The notes below the pieces were generated by a model. The model saw nothing but the letters and a program-made list of their open reading frames with translations, was not told the origin of the DNA and searched no databases. Positions 60,063 through 64,000 of a stretch of 64,000 nt of DNA are shown in pieces; within the stretch, counting starts at the first letter, position 1, and each line of letters opens with the position of its first letter. Position numbers and translations under genes: made by a program. Source of the stretch: a bacterium (GTDB taxonomy: Bacteria > Electryoneota > JAOADG01); the NCBI GenBank assembly GCA_963681965.1, contig OY820579.1:1536001-1600000 (forward strand). Reading direction: 5' to 3'.

Positions 60063-62270
60063 TTATACCCCCGATTCGATCGTTACAAAGTTGACGTTCA
60101 TCCCGGTTCCACCCATCAGTGGGTCAGTCGCGTACCGTGTAATCAATTGCGAATCGCTGGCTCCCTTTCCGAATGCATGACGCAATCGTCTGGAAGTGTG
60201 TCCGAATCCGTGAACCATGTACACGCAGTCCGGTCGAATCCGCTCGGTTGCTTTCACGCGAATCTTATTTGACAGCACACCATCTTGATTCTTCAGTTTC
60301 ACGTAATCGCCGCTTTTCAAATCCAATCGATTCGCTACATCATTATTGATCCAGATCTCATTTTCCGGCATCATATCGGAGAGAATTCGATTCGTTTGCG
60401 TCCGACCAAACGAGTGCATCGGCGCACGTCCATACAATAATCGGAATGAACCCGGTGGTGGTTCGACTGGGCGTTTATATTTCGGAACCGGATCGAATCC
60501 CGCTTGTTGCAACTGAACGGAATAGAACTCGATCTTTCCGGATGGTGTGTCGAATATCGGTGGAACCCCTTCTTCGTAATAATTCGGTTGCTTAGCACCG
60601 CGGATAATTCCGCTTTCTTTCAATGCCGCAAGCGAATAACCACCTTTTTTCAGACGGGAATCGAGATATTCCTCGATATCCTGCCACGGGAAATAATTAC
60701 CCAACCCCAATCGATTTGCCAACTGCTTGGCGATCCACCAATTCGGTTTTTGGTCGTCAGGCGACTTTACTACTGGTTGTCGTAGGGCGATAAATGGATC
60801 GCGGAACCATTCCACATTCAGATCGTCGTACCGTTCGAGATAGACCGATTCTGGCAATACGACATCGGCCCAACCTGCGATCTCACTCGGAACCACGTCG
60901 ATCACGACCAGCAAATCAAGTTGCTTGATCGCTTCGATCGTTGCTTTCTCATTGGGTAATGCACTCATCAAATTGGTGGCATAAACCATCCACCCCTTGA
61001 TCGGATAAGGTTTGCCGCTGATTGTCGCTTCGCGAATTCCAGTCGTTATCGATTCGTGTGCAAAGGGGTATTTGTTTCCCGGATTGTCAACTTTTGCCTT
61101 TTCTGAATGAGGGTAGGGAGGGTAGGGATAACCGGGCAATTCCATACTTACCGGTGTAAAGAAGCTCCCTTTGCGTCCCCAGCTTCCGAGCAGTGCATTG
61201 AGCAGTGCAATTGCCCGACTCCGTTGCGCATCGTCGCCGTACCATGTCGCATGTCGACCCGGATGAACTAGTGTTGCCGGCTTGTGTTGCGCCATTGCCC
61301 GCGCGGTTTCACGAATCGTTTCCGGATCGATATTTGTTTCGGGGTATGCCCATTCTGGCGTGTAAGGGGCAATTTCCGCAGCGAAATTCTCAAAGCCGAA
61401 ACCGTACTTCTTCACATATTCTTCATCGTACAGTTTCTCACGCACTATTGTGTTCATCCAAGCCAATAGCAGTGCGAGATCGGTTCCCGGTTTGATGGGA
61501 AGATACCACTTCGCCTTGCTCGCTGCGATAGAAAAACGGGGATCGGCAACAATGATTGTCGCGCCATTATCGATTGCCTCGGCGAATTCTTGTACCTGAC
61601 TATTGTGCATATTTTCGCCGAGATGAGAACCGAGCAGGACAATGCACTTTGAATATTTGATATCGGTGCGTTCCGGTGATCCGACATCTTCGCCGAATGT
61701 CAAGCGGAATCCGACATCCCGAGGTCCCCGGCACTGAGCAAACGATGGAGCGGTGATATTGGGTGAACCGTACGCCTTGATGAGGTGTTTTAGAAAATTT
61801 CCACCGATACCGTGACTGAATAGCGCAACCGATTCTGGTCCAAAGCTAGACTTGATCGTTTTCATTTTATCGGCGATGAAGTTCAGTGCTTCATCCCAAG
61901 TTACTTCCACCCACTCTTCGTTTCCGCGAACACTTTTCCGCAATAGCGGTGCTTTCAATCGGTCTGGATCGCTTTGCGCACCGACTCCGCCAGTACCACG
62001 AGGACATAGCCTTCCATTACTCAGTGGATCTAAAGGATTACCTTCCAGTTTCCACAATTTTCCATTTTCTACGGATGCAATGGCACCACATTTCCAGAAA
62101 CAGATATCGCAGAATGTGGGAATTCGCTGAATGCGGTCGGAAGGTTTTCCTTCAAGGGCGAAGGCTAGATCACCGAAAAGGCGGGTGGGCTGCATTACTT
62201 TTGCTGCAGCAGCTACCCCGATCGCGGTCGATGAAATTTGTAGGAATCTTCGTCGAGAAATTGAATCCAT
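60063..62270 (-). CDS. psrA: Tat-exported molybdopterin oxidoreductase, polysulfide/thiosulfate reductase (PsrA/PhsA) clade
   Basis: SRRRFLQ Tat motif; CDICFWKC...LCPRG; FAQCRGPR Mo-ligand Cys; ADVVLPE..YLER; HGFG. Confidence 0.85.
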   Translation of the reverse strand: MDSISRRRFLQISSTAIGVAAAAKVMQPTRLFGDLAFALEGKPSDRIQRIPTFCDICFWKCGAIASVENGKLWKLEGNPLDPLSNGRLCPRGTGGVGAQSDPDRLKAPLLRKSVRGNEEWVEVTWDEALNFIADKMKTIKSSFGPESVALFSHGIGGNFLKHLIKAYGSPNITAPSFAQCRGPRDVGFRLTFGEDVGSPERTDIKYSKCIVLLGSHLGENMHNSQVQEFAEAIDNGATIIVADPRFSIAASKAKWYLPIKPGTDLALLLAWMNTIVREKLYDEEYVKKYGFGFENFAAEIAPYTPEWAYPETNIDPETIRETARAMAQHKPATLVHPGRHATWYGDDAQRSRAIALLNALLGSWGRKGSFFTPVSMELPGYPYPPYPHSEKAKVDNPGNKYPFAHESITTGIREATISGKPYPIKGWMVYATNLMSALPNEKATIEAIKQLDLLVVIDVVPSEIAGWADVVLPESVYLERYDDLNVEWFRDPFIALRQPVVKSPDDQKPNWWIAKQLANRLGLGNYFPWQDIEEYLDSRLKKGGYSLAALKESGIIRGAKQPNYYEEGVPPIFDTPSGKIEFYSVQLQQAGFDPVPKYKRPVEPPPGSFRLLYGRAPMHSFGRTQTNRILSDMMPENEIWINNDVANRLDLKSGDYVKLKNQDGVLSNKIRVKATERIRPDCVYMVHGFGHTSRRLRHAFGKGASDSQLITRYATDPLMGGTGMNVNFVTIESGV

Positions 62271-62547
62271 AGTTCCTCGTCAAGAGTATGAGTAGGAAAG
62301 AATCTGGCGAACTAATCTACAAGATACAACCAAAATATCGGGAATCGGGACTGGTATTGAGTGTTTTGAAAAAATGCAAATAATGTTTTGAATTATAAAG
62401 TGATAGAACTGATTATTGAGAATATAAGTGATAGAATCATAACCAAAAAGTCTTTTAGGATAAGGCGATGATAAAATTGTCTAATTGCGGGTATTATATT
62501 AATCACGGGATGTAACATCGATCATAAGAAATTTATGACTTGCTGTT

Positions 62548-62663
62548 ATAGTATTTCTTGATAATAAGTTGTTATCGGTAGTAGGGGCGGACCCCCGCGT
62601 CCGCCCGCAGGTCAGGCGATCCTTGACACCGAATCATGACAACTTATTTTCAAGAAACACTAT
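62548..62663. mobile_element. 116-bp MITE-like element carrying a GTAG-REP palindrome
   Basis: TIRs ATAGTATTTCTTGATAATAAGTTGT (62548-62572) / ACAACTTATTTTCAAGAAACACTAT (62639-62663), 23/25 complementary; internal GTAGGGGCGGACCCCCGCGTCCGCCC (62581-62606). Confidence 0.7.
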
Positions 62664-62728
62664 TGTGATATTCCGCTAGTTTTGCGCATTATGTTCTACG
62701 ACGAATACGAATTGATCAGGAAATCCGA

Positions 62729-63316
62729 ATGAAAATTGCAGGTGTAATCTTAGCAGGTGGTGAAAGCAGTCGGATGGGGATGAATAAATCCCAAATTGTA
62801 TTGCGCAATGGTCGAACAATGCTCGAGCAGATGATTGCACAACTACAACCCATCGTCGATGAAATCATTGTCGCGGGAGGCACAGAAATCAATTGTTCAC
62901 TTGGAGGAGTAAAATCACTTAGTGATCTGCACCCGCATTGCGGACCGATATCGGGTATCGAAACTGCCCTTACGAGTAATTACACCGATGCATACTTGAT
63001 CGTCGCCTGCGACCAACCATTACTGACAACATCACTTCTCGCGAAATTGATATCTGAAGTAAAAAAAACTGCATTGGTATATTTCAAAGATGAATCGGGA
63101 AATTGTTTAGACCCATTCCCCGGTCTATATCCTTCGATATTCTCTATTAATTATTCGACTGCGATTGCCGACCAGAATTTCTCGATTCGAAGAATAGCTG
63201 CATCGCTGCCAACCGAATGGATTGAAATATCAAATGAAGAAGCCGCACAGTTGAAAAGTTTCAATACCCCCCAAGATCTAGCAGATTACTCCGATCTCTT
63301 TTTAATTAATAAATAA
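62729..63316 (+). CDS. mobA: Molybdenum cofactor guanylyltransferase
   Basis: GVILAGGESSRMG.NK, D.....GPISGI, VACDQP, SFNTPQD. Confidence 0.9.
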   Translation: MKIAGVILAGGESSRMGMNKSQIVLRNGRTMLEQMIAQLQPIVDEIIVAGGTEINCSLGGVKSLSDLHPHCGPISGIETALTSNYTDAYLIVACDQPLLTTSLLAKLISEVKKTALVYFKDESGNCLDPFPGLYPSIFSINYSTAIADQNFSIRRIAASLPTEWIEISNEEAAQLKSFNTPQDLADYSDLFLINK

Positions 63317-63319
63317 CTG

Positions 63320-63934
63320 TTATTGAGAATCGGAATCGTAAGCTTTCTTCAAGTAATCGACAACTTCCGTATCAATTTCTTGGATTGAAGAAATCCCAAT
63401 CCGATGAGTGATCCGATCCCCTTTGTTCGCGCCTCCGGTATCGATTAGTCGTGTGGTTGATGGTGTATTATGCAATGATAATCCAAGATCAAGTCGGGTA
63501 CGGGTACTCGGTTTGAGCTGAGCAAATACATGTGTCCGGTATAATGGAACAATCGTTTTACACGGACAAGCTTTCACATCGGATCCCAATGAAAATGCCA
63601 TCTCAAGCAACCTATCGTAAATCGGCAGTAATCCCGATTTCGCACCTGAAAACATGGTATCTACATAGCGTTCGGCATCAGTGAGATAACTCTCGGGATG
63701 AGCGCCGAATTGATCCTTGCCTAATGCATAATCGACAATCCATCCCGCGCTATTATTGCCTAAGCCGAATTCAACTTTCAATTGGTCCCGGTATTCTTGT
63801 TCACTCAATATTGGTTGAGATTGGATGATAGCGATCCATTCCGGAAGTGTCTTACCGGTCTTCGCTTTGATTTCCGATATCCATTTTTCCACAATTGCGA
63901 TCGATGGATGGATACTATATCCGTGTTTCTGCAT
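63320..63934 (-). CDS. DUF4287/DUF5655-like hypothetical protein
   Basis: KTGKTL.EW...LK.EFGLG; CPCKTIVPLYR.HVFAQ.KP.T.TR.DLG. Confidence 0.7.
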   Translation of the reverse strand: MQKHGYSIHPSIAIVEKWISEIKAKTGKTLPEWIAIIQSQPILSEQEYRDQLKVEFGLGNNSAGWIVDYALGKDQFGAHPESYLTDAERYVDTMFSGAKSGLLPIYDRLLEMAFSLGSDVKACPCKTIVPLYRTHVFAQLKPSTRTRLDLGLSLHNTPSTTRLIDTGGANKGDRITHRIGISSIQEIDTEVVDYLKKAYDSDSQ

Positions 63935-64000
63935 ACTGTTTGTTCGCTAACTTCTAGATCAGTTAATTCGAAAACTGTCGGAAATGGTGATCCAGATGTT

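Overview
A chromosomal 64-kb window from a Gram-negative bacterium. It is probably a non-Bacteroidetes member of the FCB group, inferred from the LPS genes and several secreted proteins with 'YPNPFN' T9SS/FlgD-like sorting domains. Housekeeping and regulatory content: smpB-ispB-waaF-waaA-ECF ATPase operon, gcdH, ppx, tyrS, fabH, a sigma-54-linked MacAB-type ABC export locus with its two-component system, an ECF sigma/anti-sigma locus, a TetR-controlled MFS+RND efflux operon, a hybrid kinase, ygiBC-like genes, a CDF transporter and a psrABC-like/YeeE/rhodanese/mobA sulfur-respiration locus. Mobile DNA: IS256-like, IS5 and IS1595-remnant elements, one MITE, and many REP/RPE-like palindromes. Two things stand out. 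(1) A hidden 728-aa secreted Omp28/thioredoxin-fold protein (54202-56388) whose CxxC motif reads TGA-Pro-Tyr-Cys (UxxC) and is followed by SECIS-like hairpins: a candidate exported selenoprotein that the ORF track splits in two. (2) A decayed secreted SBBP beta-propeller gene (5413-9511, minus strand) whose N-terminal domain carries about ten palindromic elements of several families in frame, one of them later hit by an IS. All calls come from reading the sequence by eye; no database search was run.
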